Source of the DNA: Octopus vulgaris
Lineage: Eukaryota
Length of the DNA stretch: 64,000 nt
Reading direction: 5' to 3'
Assembly (NCBI GenBank): GCA_951406725.2
Contig: OX597830.1
Coordinates: forward strand, 48,608,001-48,672,000
Every line of letters starts with the position of its first letter. The first letter of the stretch is position 1. Below, piece after piece: positions 41,800-54,665 of this stretch. Below the pieces are notes generated by a model that worked only from the letters and a program-made list of their open reading frames with translations, did not search any database and was not told where the DNA came from. Position numbers and translations under genes: made by a program.

Positions 41800-43010
41800 A
41801 TTCTGTTCCTGACTGTTCTGACCACTGCATCATGTTCCACGAGCAGATAATATCTCGAAGACATTCTCTCGCAGTTGGTAATATACTATGGTCGATGTCT
41901 TCAGTTTTAGTGTTGCACAGCTTACATTTGTTATCCGTCAATGTTTTCTGCCTTTTATGCTAAGGCATTCGGTGAAGGATCCCTTGTCCTTGAATTTCAT
42001 GCGAGTGAACTTCAAAGTGGAACATCAGAAAGCATGAGTATTCCATGCCAATCTTATGATATGATTTAGTGCCTTCTATAGCTTATGTCGATTTCGATTC
42101 CCAGACCGGGCGTTGTGAGTGTTTATTGAGCGAAAACACCTAAAGCTCCACGAGGCTCCGGCAGGGGATGGTGGTGATCCCTGCTGTACTCTTTCACCAC
42201 AACTTTCTCTCACTCTTACTTCCTGTTTCTGTTGTACCTGTATTTCAAAGGGCCGGCCTTGTCACTCTCTGTGTCACGCTGAATATCCCCGAGAACTACG
42301 TTAAGGGTACACGTGTCTGTGGAGTGCTCAGCCACTTACACGTTAATTTCACGAGCAGGCTGTTCCGTTGATCGGATCAACCGGAACCCTCGTCGTCGTA
42401 ACCGACGGAGTAAGAGAAGAAATAGCTTATGTCTCTCGTGCCAAGTACCCATGCACTACCTTCTCAATGTACGATTTCATTTTTCTTTTTATTGTCCTGA
42501 TAAACAAAATTTAACAATTCCACTTGCGATGCGATCTGCCTCAGCTCTTATTTCATGTCTGTTCTCAAATTCATTTGCTGTCCTAACGATGCTGTTCTTT
42601 TCGTGCTCGCAAACTTGCCAGGAGAGTTACTGTCCTCTTTCCACTGCTGTAGATATTGCCTCGGTCTCACAATACGTGCTTCATATCACATCAAACAGAT
42701 TTAAGACCCCGGTCATCTTCCTTGCGTGAGAAGTAGAGCCTGTATATATCTCCATTAATGCTGAAGGCTCTGGTAGCATTGAGCAGCTTGCGACTTCGTA
42801 CAGCTATATCTCGTTGAGCTCTTGCAGTGACCAGTTTAGAAGGCCAAATGTGGGCGTGAGGAAAGGCACTGCAAAGATGTTGCAGGCGATAGGCGATATG
42901 CTTGTTGTAAACAGAGAGTTTATATGACCATGTTTTTAAAAATTTTTCTTAGGGTATTCATTCCTCTCGTTTTTGATGGATCCATCATAGCTGACATTTT
43001 CATCCTGTCC
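41800..43010 (-). mobile_element. Decayed RLE-type (R4-like) LINE interrupted by a SINE
   Basis: Minus-strand NIFAVPFLTPTFGLLNWS, DIYRLYFSRKEDDRGLKS, CKLCNTKTEDIDH, MSSRYYLLVEHDAVV. Confidence 0.75.
42090..42421 (+). mobile_element. 5'-truncated family D-related SINE with 12-bp TSD
   Basis: atagcttatgtc at 42078-42089 and 42422-42433; starts just before the B box ttcgattccc. Confidence 0.88.
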
Positions 43011-43276
43011 AAGATACTTGTGGCTTTCCTCGGGGAGTAAAAGCTACACTTTTAAGTCATTCTATTTAGTGTTTAGGATGAAAGCACAATCCCCCCCCCC
43101 CCGTTTTATTATCAAAATTGTACATAAACAATCATCAAATTCCACCATTTTTAGAAAACGGAATTATAAGAGCCAATTACGTTTTGGTTTTCAACATATG
43201 TGCGTGTGCACTTGTGCATTTATGTATGTATTTGTATATATGTGTTTATTTATATATGTACACATACACTGACATA

Positions 43277-43339
<63 letters not shown>

Positions 43340-43655
43340 ATACATTTATATCATATAAGTTCTATTAGATCGCTTGCATAAGTTATATTGATGTACAGAG
43401 CAAAGTATATCCACTTTTTGTTTATCGAGTTATGTGTTTTGATATGTATATGCTTGCTCCTTTTAGCTTGTATACTTGTGTAGATATGTGTGACAAATAG
43501 GGATTGCAATGGGGCACTTGCAGAAAACAGCATTGCTTGGAACTGCTCGAATACTCTAGAGGGTGCTTGAAAAATTAGCGTGTCAATTCAAGTCACTGGT
43601 TGTAAACAGCTGACACAGTAATACATGCCCAACGTTAGAAGATGAGCAAAGAAAA

Positions 43656-43688
<33 letters not shown>

Positions 43689-43951
43689 GATGATAGGGGG
43701 AACATCATAGCCATGTGTTGGGAAGAATTCTTTGGGGTTTGGATAATTCACCTCTGGAAACATGGGTGTTTCATTCAACATCATTAAACAACCCTTATTC
43801 AGGGACCTTTTGAGCCGGATGGGCTACACAACCTGAAGAAAATTCTAACTGGGCCCCCACCTGCAAGGTTATCCGCTGTGGTGGTGGTGCTGGTGCTGGT
43901 GGTGGTGGTGGTGGTTTTAGAAGCAGCACCAGTAGTAGTAGTAGTAGTAGC

Positions 43952-43987
<36 letters not shown>

Positions 43988-44021
43988 TGTTGTTGTTGTT
44001 GTTGTTGTTGTTGTGGTGGTG

Positions 44022-44084
<63 letters not shown>

Positions 44085-44864
44085 AAAAAAAACAACTCAT
44101 TATTGATTGATCCTTCAGTGGCAATGGATCTAAAACATTCTCTTGTCAGTGGATTTCTATGAAGATTCGTCTTTTAACAGTTTACCGTCATCGTTGGCGC
44201 AGCTGCAAACCACTTCCTTTCTACGTCTCCTTCGTACCAGCCCCATTACTACCACAGCTGAAAGTGAAAGTGAAAGTAACAGAGCGATACTATTCCCTCT
44301 TTATAATTCCAACAACACTTGCCTCTAACTTTCTCTCCACAATAACGTCGTCGTCACCGCTGCCATCTTTCTTTTTTTTGTTTTTTTTCATCCCGCTTCG
44401 TTCTATCCTTGTAAAAATCATCATAATCGTTATTTTGGTGCTGTTAACATTAATTATTACAGCTGTTTGATCAGCCTTCGTTTTTGTCTTTATTTTTCAC
44501 ATTTCCTTTTGTCTGACTTCACTTCGCCCATACAAAATGTAAAATATGTTTCCCCGTGCGCGAACGCGTGTATATGTGTGTATGTGTGTATGTACATTAT
44601 AAAACCATGCGATTTCAAAATATTAAATTTTAAGAAATTCTTTTAGTTTTTGCGCATCTGAAAATACACTTGGCAAGCTTAAATACACCAGCACATGGCC
44701 ACACATAGAATAGGCACATCTTATCTACCTATCTAGCTAGCGAGCTATGAGAAAGTGCGTGGTCTAGTTGTTTCGATTCCCAGACGGGCCGCGTGTTGTG
44801 CTATTGTATGTATAAATTATTATTATTATTATTATTATTATCATTATTATTATCATTATTATTA

Positions 44865-44946
<82 letters not shown>

Positions 44947-44964
44947 AATAATGATAATAATAAT

Positions 44965-46643
44965 CGGCCTCGATAAATGTGCAAAGGCTACCTTTATCAA
45001 AGGAAAAATGACAGAAACATCTAACGTTAACCTTGACCAACAGAATGTCATAAAAGAACTAGACCCAGCGGAGAGCTACAAGTACCTAGGGATAATTGAA
45101 GGGAACGGAATAAGGCATTCAGAGATGAAGGAAAGGATCAGGAGAGAATGCTATCGAAGAGTGAGAGCAATACTCAAGACAGAGCTGAATGCAAGAAACA
45201 GGATCGAAGCAATCAATGCATTAGCTATACCAGTCGTGACTTACAGTTTCAATATTGTTAACTGGTCAATTACTGAAATATGTCAGCTCGACAGAAAAAT
45301 AAGGAAACTGTTGACAATGCATAGAATGCACCACCCTAAGGCAGATACAGAACGACTCTATCTGCCAAGAAAAGAGGGAGGCCGTGGTCTTTTGCAACTG
45401 GCAATAACAATGAAGATTGCTACAATTGGCCTAGACACCTACCTGAAAAACTCTGAGGACTGGATGCTAAAACTTGTCTCAAAACATGAAAACAAGAAAG
45501 CATCATACTCAGTCACAAAACAGGCAAAGGAATATCTAAGTGAATTCCGAATACAACCAATTTCGGAGATAGATATACAAGAAACAAGCACAGAAAAAGC
45601 TAGGCGCATGAAAACCCGTGCCAAAACTGCGGCCTTAGATATTCTGAATAATAAATGGCAAGAAAAACCTCTCTATGGCAAATACCCAAAGAGAGCGAAT
45701 AATGCAGATATCGACAAAGCCCTGACCCATCAATGGCTAATGGCCTCTGGCTTAAAATCTGAAACAGAGGGGTTTATCATAGCAGCTCAAGATCAATGCC
45801 TACCAACAAGAAACTACCAGGCCAACATATTAAAGATCAGAAGCAGTCCAACGTGTCGTGTATGCAAGCAACAAAATGAAACCATTGACCATGTGGTCTC
45901 CAAGTGCAGTCTTCTAGCGCCTACAGAGTATCTCAACAGGCACGATAGAGCTGCACAATATATTCACTGGGTAATCTGTAAAAACCTGGATTTGCCCCAT
46001 GAAAAAAACTGGTGGGAACACAAACCACCCCCAGTGCTTGAAAATGACCACATCTCTCTCCTCTGGAACTTCACCATTCAAACTGACAGGAAGATAGATG
46101 CAAATAGGCCAGACATCATATTGAAAAACTTCAAACAAAGAACATGCCTCCTCATTGATATGACTGTCCCAATCGATATAAACGTATCTGTCAAGACCTA
46201 CCAAAAACTGAGCAAATATAAAGATCTTGAAATAGAAATCAGCAAAATGTGGAAGCTGAAGACTAAAACAATACCTGTTGTCATAGGTGCCCTGGGAATG
46301 ATAGCAAAAGGGGCTGATAGCTACCTAACTCAGATACCAGGAAACCCAAAAATGGCAGAAGTTCAAAAGATAGTGCTCATGGGAACTGCTCATATCCTAC
46401 GCAAAATACTCTCTATGTAATCTCAAGGTTTAAAACAAACATAATTTTCGGTTTAAAAAAAAACCAAAAAAAAAAACCTTTTTTTTTTTTTTATTTTTAG
46501 ACATTCATTAGTACAACATCCCCACCCCCCAAATATATGGCACACTAGGCATAACAACAACATGAACTTCCAACCCTGTTGTCTCTTGAGGTCTCTGGGT
46601 GAGACTTGGAGCCAACTTGTACAAATATAAAGCAAAAAAGAAA
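44965..46643 (+). mobile_element. 5'-truncated R4/Dong-like non-LTR retrotransposon with an uninterrupted ORF remnant (to 46420)
   Basis: RT end YKYLG...RLYLPRKEGGRGL, CCHC knuckle CRVCKQQNETIDHVVSKC, RHD, RPDII...LLIDMTVP...K restriction-like endonuclease. (AAT)n on both sides. Confidence 0.95.
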
Positions 46644-46738
<95 letters not shown>

Positions 46739-47334
46739 TGATGATGATCCTGATAATAATGAGGCAGCGAGCTGGCAGGATCGTTAGCACGCTCGACGAA
46801 ATGCTTAGCGGTATTTCGCCCGTTGCTACGTTCTAACTTCAAATTCCACCGAGATCGACATTGCCCTTTATCTTTTCGGGGTCGATAAAGTAAGTTCCAT
46901 TTACAAATTGGGGTTGATTTAATCGGCCAATCCCCTCCCCTCAAATTTCAAGGCTTTGTGCCTTTAGTAGAAAGGATTATCATTATTATTATTATTATTA
47001 TTAATTCCCAATGTAAGGTGGCGAACTGGCAGATTCGTTAACACGCCGGGCAAAATACTTAGCGACATTTTTGTTCGTCCTTACAGTCTGAGTTCAAATT
47101 CGCCAAAGCTAAATTCGCCTTTCAATCTTTCTGGGTCGATAAACTAAGTACCAGTTAAACACTGAGGTGGATTTAATCGACTTATCCTCTCCCACGAAAT
47201 CGCTGTCCTTGTACCAAAATTTGAAACCATTATTAATGTTCAGTATCTGTAATAATTTTATTATGTTTGTCACACTGTATTTACAGTTTTCTACATGAAA
47301 CTGTAGGTTTCTAAAATTTGGGTTGATAGAAGGT

Positions 47335-47378
47335 AATCATTGACGAGTCTTTAATAAGAGACGAAACTCGTCAGTTCA
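47335..47378 (+). ncRNA. Degenerate minimal hammerhead motif
   Basis: TTGACGA-GTCTTT-aata-AGAGAC-GAA-ACTCGT-C. C3 is replaced by T and stem I does not pair. Confidence 0.35.
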
Positions 47379-47643
47379 ATTGTCGTTTCTAATTGTCAAA
47401 ACTTCTGTTGTTTAGTCTCGGGTTCTATTTTTCACTTCGGGATTAAATATACATTTATTAATTATATCATATACGTATTTTGTCTTTATTCATAGCCATG
47501 CTGTTGGCATTCTAGTTGTCGCGCTCAAATACACCCACACCCACACCCACACACATATATATAAGTATGTATGTATGTATGTGTGTATATGTATGTGTGT
47601 ATATATATACATATACATATATATACCCACACATATACATACA

Positions 47644-47777
<134 letters not shown>

Positions 47778-49566
47778 TATGTATATGTATATGTATATAT
47801 ATATATATTATGCTTATGTTGTCCTCTGCATATTCAAACACTCTCTAAGTCTTTCACTCCCAACCCGCAAAACCGTCAGAATGTGACATCTAGTCGGAGA
47901 GGGAGCGCCACCACCAGTACGTGGCTAGTAATTCATTCATTGACTCGGAAAGGATCATTATTATTAAACATCACCACATTTTTTTCATTTAAACTTCCCA
48001 AAACCAAAATTGAAAAATAACTATGGGACTGTTACTGATAGCAAAATACAAACCAAAACTATCAATACATACAGATATATCACAGATAAAATATTATGAA
48101 ATCTACAATTTAACCATTGTATTCTTTTTACATTCGGCATTATAACATTTATAACTGTTGTCAATTATTACAGTATTCTCATGATATTTGTTTACTTAAA
48201 CCAAAGTGCTCAAGCAACGCACCAGATAAACGTTTTATTCTGATGAGGAGACCAGAAAGATCTTAACACAAAAAGGGATAGAGGATTTAGGAACAGTATT
48301 GTTACAAATTAAACTCAAAGAATTAATTAGGAAATATTTTTTTAAAATCCGTAATAAAGAATAATTCTAACACAATTGTTTCTTTAATGCAAGATGTTCG
48401 AAAAGCTTTTCTCTTTTATTTTACACAGGTGTGTGTGTGTGTGCCGTTGTATACATACATGTGTTTATGTGTGTACACGCGCGCGTGCGTGCGTGTGTGT
48501 AAATGTTTGGATGCCTTTTTAAGTCTTTTGTAACAGATATTGAAATCTGCAAAGAATACTTTGAAGTAACTTATTTTACTGTCGGATTTTATCCCTGTTG
48601 AAACGTAAGAGATCATGAAAGAATTTTAAAACAGGTTTGTTAGTCAAATCCTTTAGATGAGATTTATTCTTATGCCTGTATTTCGACGTCATCTCATTTC
48701 CATGCAATCAGTGCTTTGAAAACATAGCAGTGTTCTAGTTTTATTTTTCATCAAGATTTTTTTTTCTTATTTTCATACAAGTTTTGTCTAGAAATGTAGA
48801 GTTCCTATTTCCATCATCCTTGATCTTCCGTTGTCGCATCTCAGAGGAAGTAATATCGGCGTTTTTATTGTTATACAGAAGGTAGAGCGAATGTGATTGG
48901 TGCAGGCATATTACCTAAAATTTGAATTTTGACCTTTACATTTAGACGACATCATTCGGTTGTTTATTTTTTGTTCATCAATGTATAGTAAATATTAAGT
49001 GTGCGTATATTTTTGCAGCATGATCAATTATAAATATCAATTCCGTTATTGATTGTCTTTGGACGGTGTAATAGAGCACAGATGATTTTTCTAATTAGTC
49101 TTGTTCTGTTTTGTTTGATGTCGTCGTGCACCGGTTAAAATCCATCTTCCTGCGGTAATGTATTCAATAATTATATTAACCTTGATTATAATACTCAGGC
49201 AAATCACGCACCAACAATTCTTCATCGAGGAGGGGCTAAGAAGTCTAGAAATGTGATAATGGGTTTTGAAATTTTACTGTTGGAAACAAACAGCGAGTAA
49301 CTCATCCGAAAATAACAAAAACTGCCATAAAAAATATAAAAACTAGAATACCTTTATGTGTGTATGTAGTATGTGCGTGTGTGTGTGTATAGATATAGAT
49401 ATATGCATATATACATGTTTATGTATAAGTATGTACATATGTATATATGTATAAGTAATGTATATATGTATATATATATATGTGTGTGTATGTATGTGTG
49501 TGTATGTATGTATGTATATATGTATATATATATATATATATATGTATATATTATATTAAATTAGAG

Positions 49567-49692
49567 ACTCAAGCCAATACATAAAATTAATTAATTTATA
49601 TTATTTTAAATATATATCAATTATCTTTTTTAATAATTTTGATATATATTTGAAATAATATAAATTAATTAATCTTATGTATTGGCTTGAGT
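49567..49692. repeat. AT-rich hairpin (54-bp arms, 18-nt spacer) in a (TA)n-flanked insertion
   Basis: actcaagccaatacata... pairs with ...tatgtattggcttgagt. Confidence 0.85.
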
Positions 49693-49855
49693 TTTTCATT
49701 GTATGATTTGCCTAATAGTGGTTTTATGTCTAATTTAATATAATATAATATTTTACTATAAAATTGGATTCAATCCTAAATCTGATTTCTCCCTGTAAAT
49801 TTGGATTTATTCCCTAATATTTTATTATATATGTATATATATATATATATGTATG

Positions 49856-49906
<51 letters not shown>

Positions 49907-49954
49907 GTATTATTTATTTATTAATATAAATATTATTATTGTTTTGTTTTTCAG

Positions 49955-50093
49955 AGCTCTCGGCTATGGTGGAGCAGGAAATCCTTATTCTCTTACGTCA
50001 AGTTATCCAACATTTTGTGGTGGATGTTATTACAAACCCTCAGCAGCAATTGAACCCGCGCCCACATTCCCTCCACCGTTTCGACTTGTTTAA
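49955..50093 (+). CDS. ro: Probable terminal coding exon of the rough-type gene
   Basis: Acceptor gttttgtttttcag ends at 49954. The first base A completes AG|A (Arg) with the upstream phase-2 donor, giving ...QQMR-ALGYGGAGNPYSLTSSYPTFCGGCYYKPSAAIEPAPTFPPPFRLV*. Non-repetitive island with a CxxC-YY-K motif resembling Rough C-termini (recollection). Confidence 0.72.
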
Positions 50094-50331
50094 GATGTTA
50101 GTCGACGATGAAGAGTGGCGAAAACTGAAAGACAATGTCGCGTGTCATTACAAGACGATAAAGAAGAAATATTTCCACGTCAGTGAAGCGGAATGGATGG
50201 TTTCATGGAATTGATGAAGTTTCGAAACTTGGTACAACGAAATTACAAGCGGAACGTCAAAAAAAAAAAATGAAGGGATCTGAAACTTTTGACTTAATTT
50301 GCTACCATATCAGATTAACAAAAATTACTAC

Positions 50332-50376
<45 letters not shown>

Positions 50377-50421
50377 CACAACAACAACAACAACAACCAC
50401 AACAGTAATAATTATAATAAA

Positions 50422-50504
<83 letters not shown>

Positions 50505-51862
50505 CAACAACAACAATAATAGTAATAATAAGGCAATTATTAATGTTGTTCAGTACCTTGCTACTTGTCCTTGTTGATTCTTGTTGTACGCATACTGATA
50601 AATTGATTATCTCTGCAGCAACAAAGTTCTCATAAGAAATTGGATTACATTTCAAACAGCTAAACCTGAAACAGCTGTAAAGGCGACTCTACTGACGTCA
50701 CATAAGTCAGGTTTGACTTGCTAGAAACAGTAGATAAATCTCTCTCAAATCATACCTAACCGTCTTAAAAGTGGAAGAGCGATCATGTGGTCCTGGAGAT
50801 CAATAAGAAGGCACAACAGGTGCAGCTGGATTGCCTTTGATCATAGGTCTGGGTCTGCAGGGTCAGAGCTGGCTTGTGATTAAACAACAACAACCATAAA
50901 GCTATTTCTTCACGCAAATCTTGGACAACCTCCTACCCACGTGACCAGATGGTACGCCTAACGAAAAAAAATTACTTTAATTTTTTTTTTTTTTAGTAGT
51001 GCAACCTGCTTGATGATGAGTTATGCCTCATGCGCCCCGCTTCTCGAAAAAAGTTGTCCATGCCTGCTATACATGGTCAATACCTCTACTAAATGAATCT
51101 CTCACGTAAACAAACTAACAGACTCTGGTTTAGTTTAACAAATCTTGTTCGAATGCGACACTAGAAGCAACAACATTCCTGATAGAAGAACAGGCGATTG
51201 CCACGTGACGAATAACTGCAATTCCTGCAATATGTATGGAAAGCGTCGCCTGTGTGCAGCATTTTCTGGGACAATACACTGTATTTTATCAGGATGTTCT
51301 ATAGTAAATCCGGCAAAATACACTTGGAGACAATAACATACCAAACTTAGCCTATATTTGCTTGACCACCCAATTTCATTTCTGAGAAAAAGCCCTCTGG
51401 CATTCATATAAAGTTTCACACGTCTTTAAAAATGATGATGTGATAACACAAGGCAAGCTTAACCTAAAGAGAGACCGTCATGTAACCCATAATATACTGA
51501 ACATCATTTTCTATGGGAAAATGGGAATAGTGAACAAACTATGGATATAGCAATACCAAAGGACAGCAATGTTGGGTAGGAAAGAGTTGAGAAGCTGAGA
51601 AATTACACTGTCTAATCTGCTGAATTTAAAATATGGTGTTTGGATAATGTGTCAATTATTCCATCTGGAATTCTCTCTAAGTACATCGTATATTGGGACA
51701 AGCATTAGAATATTCCAGAAAGTGGTGATGCTAAGAGCTGTAAATATTGGTAGGAACTTCTCAAACAATGGTTTTTAACACTTAAACATTTTTGTCACTG
51801 TTTTCCAAGATGTACCTTCATTATTTGAGCAGATAGGAAAACCTTGATGCATTTCCTAAACC

Positions 51863-51924
<62 letters not shown>

Positions 51925-51925
<1 letters not shown>

Positions 51926-52106
51926 CCCTAAAGATTTGAATAGACGGATAGAAGAAATAGACATAAAACCTAAATTAGCCTTGTGTAGTTCCAGAAAACA
52001 GTGTTATTAGGGGCAGCTAGGATACTTAGGAAGGTACTTGGCATCTAAGATTACTTGCTTGATAGGAATTTTTTTTCCAACAGTCTAATCTGTTGTGCGT
52101 ATATGA
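51925..52106 (+). mobile_element. Extreme 3' end of an R4/Dong-like LINE
   Basis: IPKDLNRRIEEIDIKP...QKTVLLGAARILRKVLGI*; flanked by (AAT)n on both sides. Confidence 0.7.
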
Positions 52107-52912
52107 AATAATAATAATAACATTAATATTAATAAATCGATCCCAGTATGTGCACTGACATATGATTATTACACATAAAATATTGCTTGAATAATACACA
52201 ATACGAACGAATGTAAAAAAAAAAAACAAATGAACTCTCGAGACAAACAAAATGAAACGAGCGTAAAAACGAACGTTATTTAATAAATAAACCATGTCCA
52301 TTAATAAGTCGAACAGCATGAAAAGCACGACCGGTTCGTCAGAATGAATAAGGAATTTCGTAACGTGAGTTTAGTGCGGGCACGATATGGAAATATGTAG
52401 TGATTCGGAAACAGAGTCTTCTCAAAGGGTTAACTCCGAAAAGGTTAACTACGAGCGTGGAAAATTCGAAAAAGAGGAAAAAAAACAATTAGAAGGGAAC
52501 ATTCAGCCAATGAACACTACGTCGAAGTGTTAAACATCCGCTGTACATCACTATTATATCCAATACATACAAGCACTGTAAACAAAAGTATGAGTTGTGG
52601 ACAATAAAAACTGAAGAAGCGAGGAAAAAATTATAAATGCGTAAACACTTGCGAATGTACGGAGATTTTTAAATAAAAAAAAATAAGATCCCCAAAATTG
52701 TGTTGTACATACTCACTCTACACAACAAACAGACGAAACGCTTAAAACAAATGTCGTAACGATGCCAATTTGACGTGGTAAATACACACGTCATTCTAAA
52801 TGGTCAAAACACAATGCTGCACATACATCTCAGGAACACGGAAGTGCAGCTGATAGTGCAGCAGAAACTCACTTAAAACCACTGGAATCAAAACAAAAAC
52901 AACAACAACAAC

Positions 52913-52970
<58 letters not shown>

Positions 52971-53153
52971 CTTCCACGACGTAATTTCATCTGGCATAAC
53001 ATTGCATATTCGGGATGAAAAAAACGTTCGAGGAAAACTCGAACGATTCATCCATCTTTGTAATAACTAATAACAGATGTCAGAGGATCAAGACTGCTTT
53101 CTCTTTCATTCCATGCTTTCTATTCCTCTCCCTCTATTCCTTCCTCCTTCTTT

Positions 53154-53215
<62 letters not shown>

Positions 53216-53392
53216 CCTCTCTCTCACCCACTCCAACCCACCCTGCTCTCCGCTATATATATTCAACTTTTTTTTTATTTGTCAGTTGATCGTTGACTCA
53301 TTCTGTTCACTATATTACATACATGCACGCAGATTCATAGATGCATACATATATATATGTGCGTGTGCATGTGTATGTATACACACATGCGT

Positions 53393-53464
<72 letters not shown>

Positions 53465-53953
53465 ATATGTAAGGATTGAATATGATAAATCTCTTTTTTC
53501 TACCTCACAACAAATATATATAAAGTTATTAAGAAACCTCCATTGTTCAGAAACTGCGTGAGACAATCATTGAGCGTAAGAGACGGGGTCAGTTTTGTGA
53601 AGGCGTTGGATTCAAGACCTACACCGCATCTCGCCAACAAGAACTCATAGGTCAATGTAGACTTGGAGCAAAACGTCGAGATGGTTACGGCTGTAAAGCC
53701 TTTGCTCATAGGTCAGTTTGGTCATGCTAAAGCCAGGGACGAAGACTACCACCACCACCACCACCGCTACTACCACAACAACTCAGAACTGTGTTGTGCT
53801 GTATTGATTTCTATTGACATTAGTATACTATATCAAATCTGTACACATGTTATGTTGTTGTGTGTGTTTATATGAATATAAATGTATGTGTAAATGCATA
53901 TATTTATATACACGTTTTATTTGTGTGTATATGTGTATCTACATGTATATGTA

Positions 53954-54000
<47 letters not shown>

Positions 54001-54023
54001 ATATATATATGCATGTGTATGTG

Positions 54024-54088
<65 letters not shown>

Positions 54089-54616
54089 TATGTATGTATG
54101 TATAGACATACACAATGATAAGTGCTCACATATTTGTGCGTTTGTGCGTGTGTTTGTGTATATGTATGTGAGAGTAATGTGTTTATGTCTATGTATATAC
54201 ATAGATATACGAATATATGAATGTAAATACACACACATACGCATTAACATGGACATATGTGCACATAAACATGCGTATACACTTATACACGTACATGCAC
54301 ATTCAACATTAATACGTACGTAATGTAAACATATACATACATATATACTACATACATATGTACGTACGTACATACATACTACATTCATACATATATACAT
54401 ATATACATGCTTGCATTCACACATCCATATATGCATGTATGCATACATACATGCATATTTACATGCATATACGCTTACATACACGCATATTTACATGCTT
54501 ACATATATGCATACACATTTATGCATGCATCTTTACATCCATGCATATATGCATACTTAAATTGCATGCATACATGCGTACATACGTACGTACATACGCA
54601 CACACACATACGTACA

Positions 54617-54665
<49 letters not shown>

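Noticed and set aside
44951-46420. 489-aa host gene
   Set aside because: It is a 5'-truncated retrotransposon ORF whose ATG comes from the flanking microsatellite.
49939-50214. Alternative 91-aa reading frame over the terminal exon
   Set aside because: Wrong phase for the 2782 donor and no recognisable motif.
50590-50685. Hammerhead-like GAAACAGCTGTA (also minus strand near 59080, and CTGATGAG near 48240)
   Set aside because: Only half of the core is present and no paired stems I/II were found.
51135-51860. Possible Harbinger-type transposase relic (also VFQDCVDVDYKF near 9182)
   Set aside because: The similarity is too short and decayed to support without a translated search.
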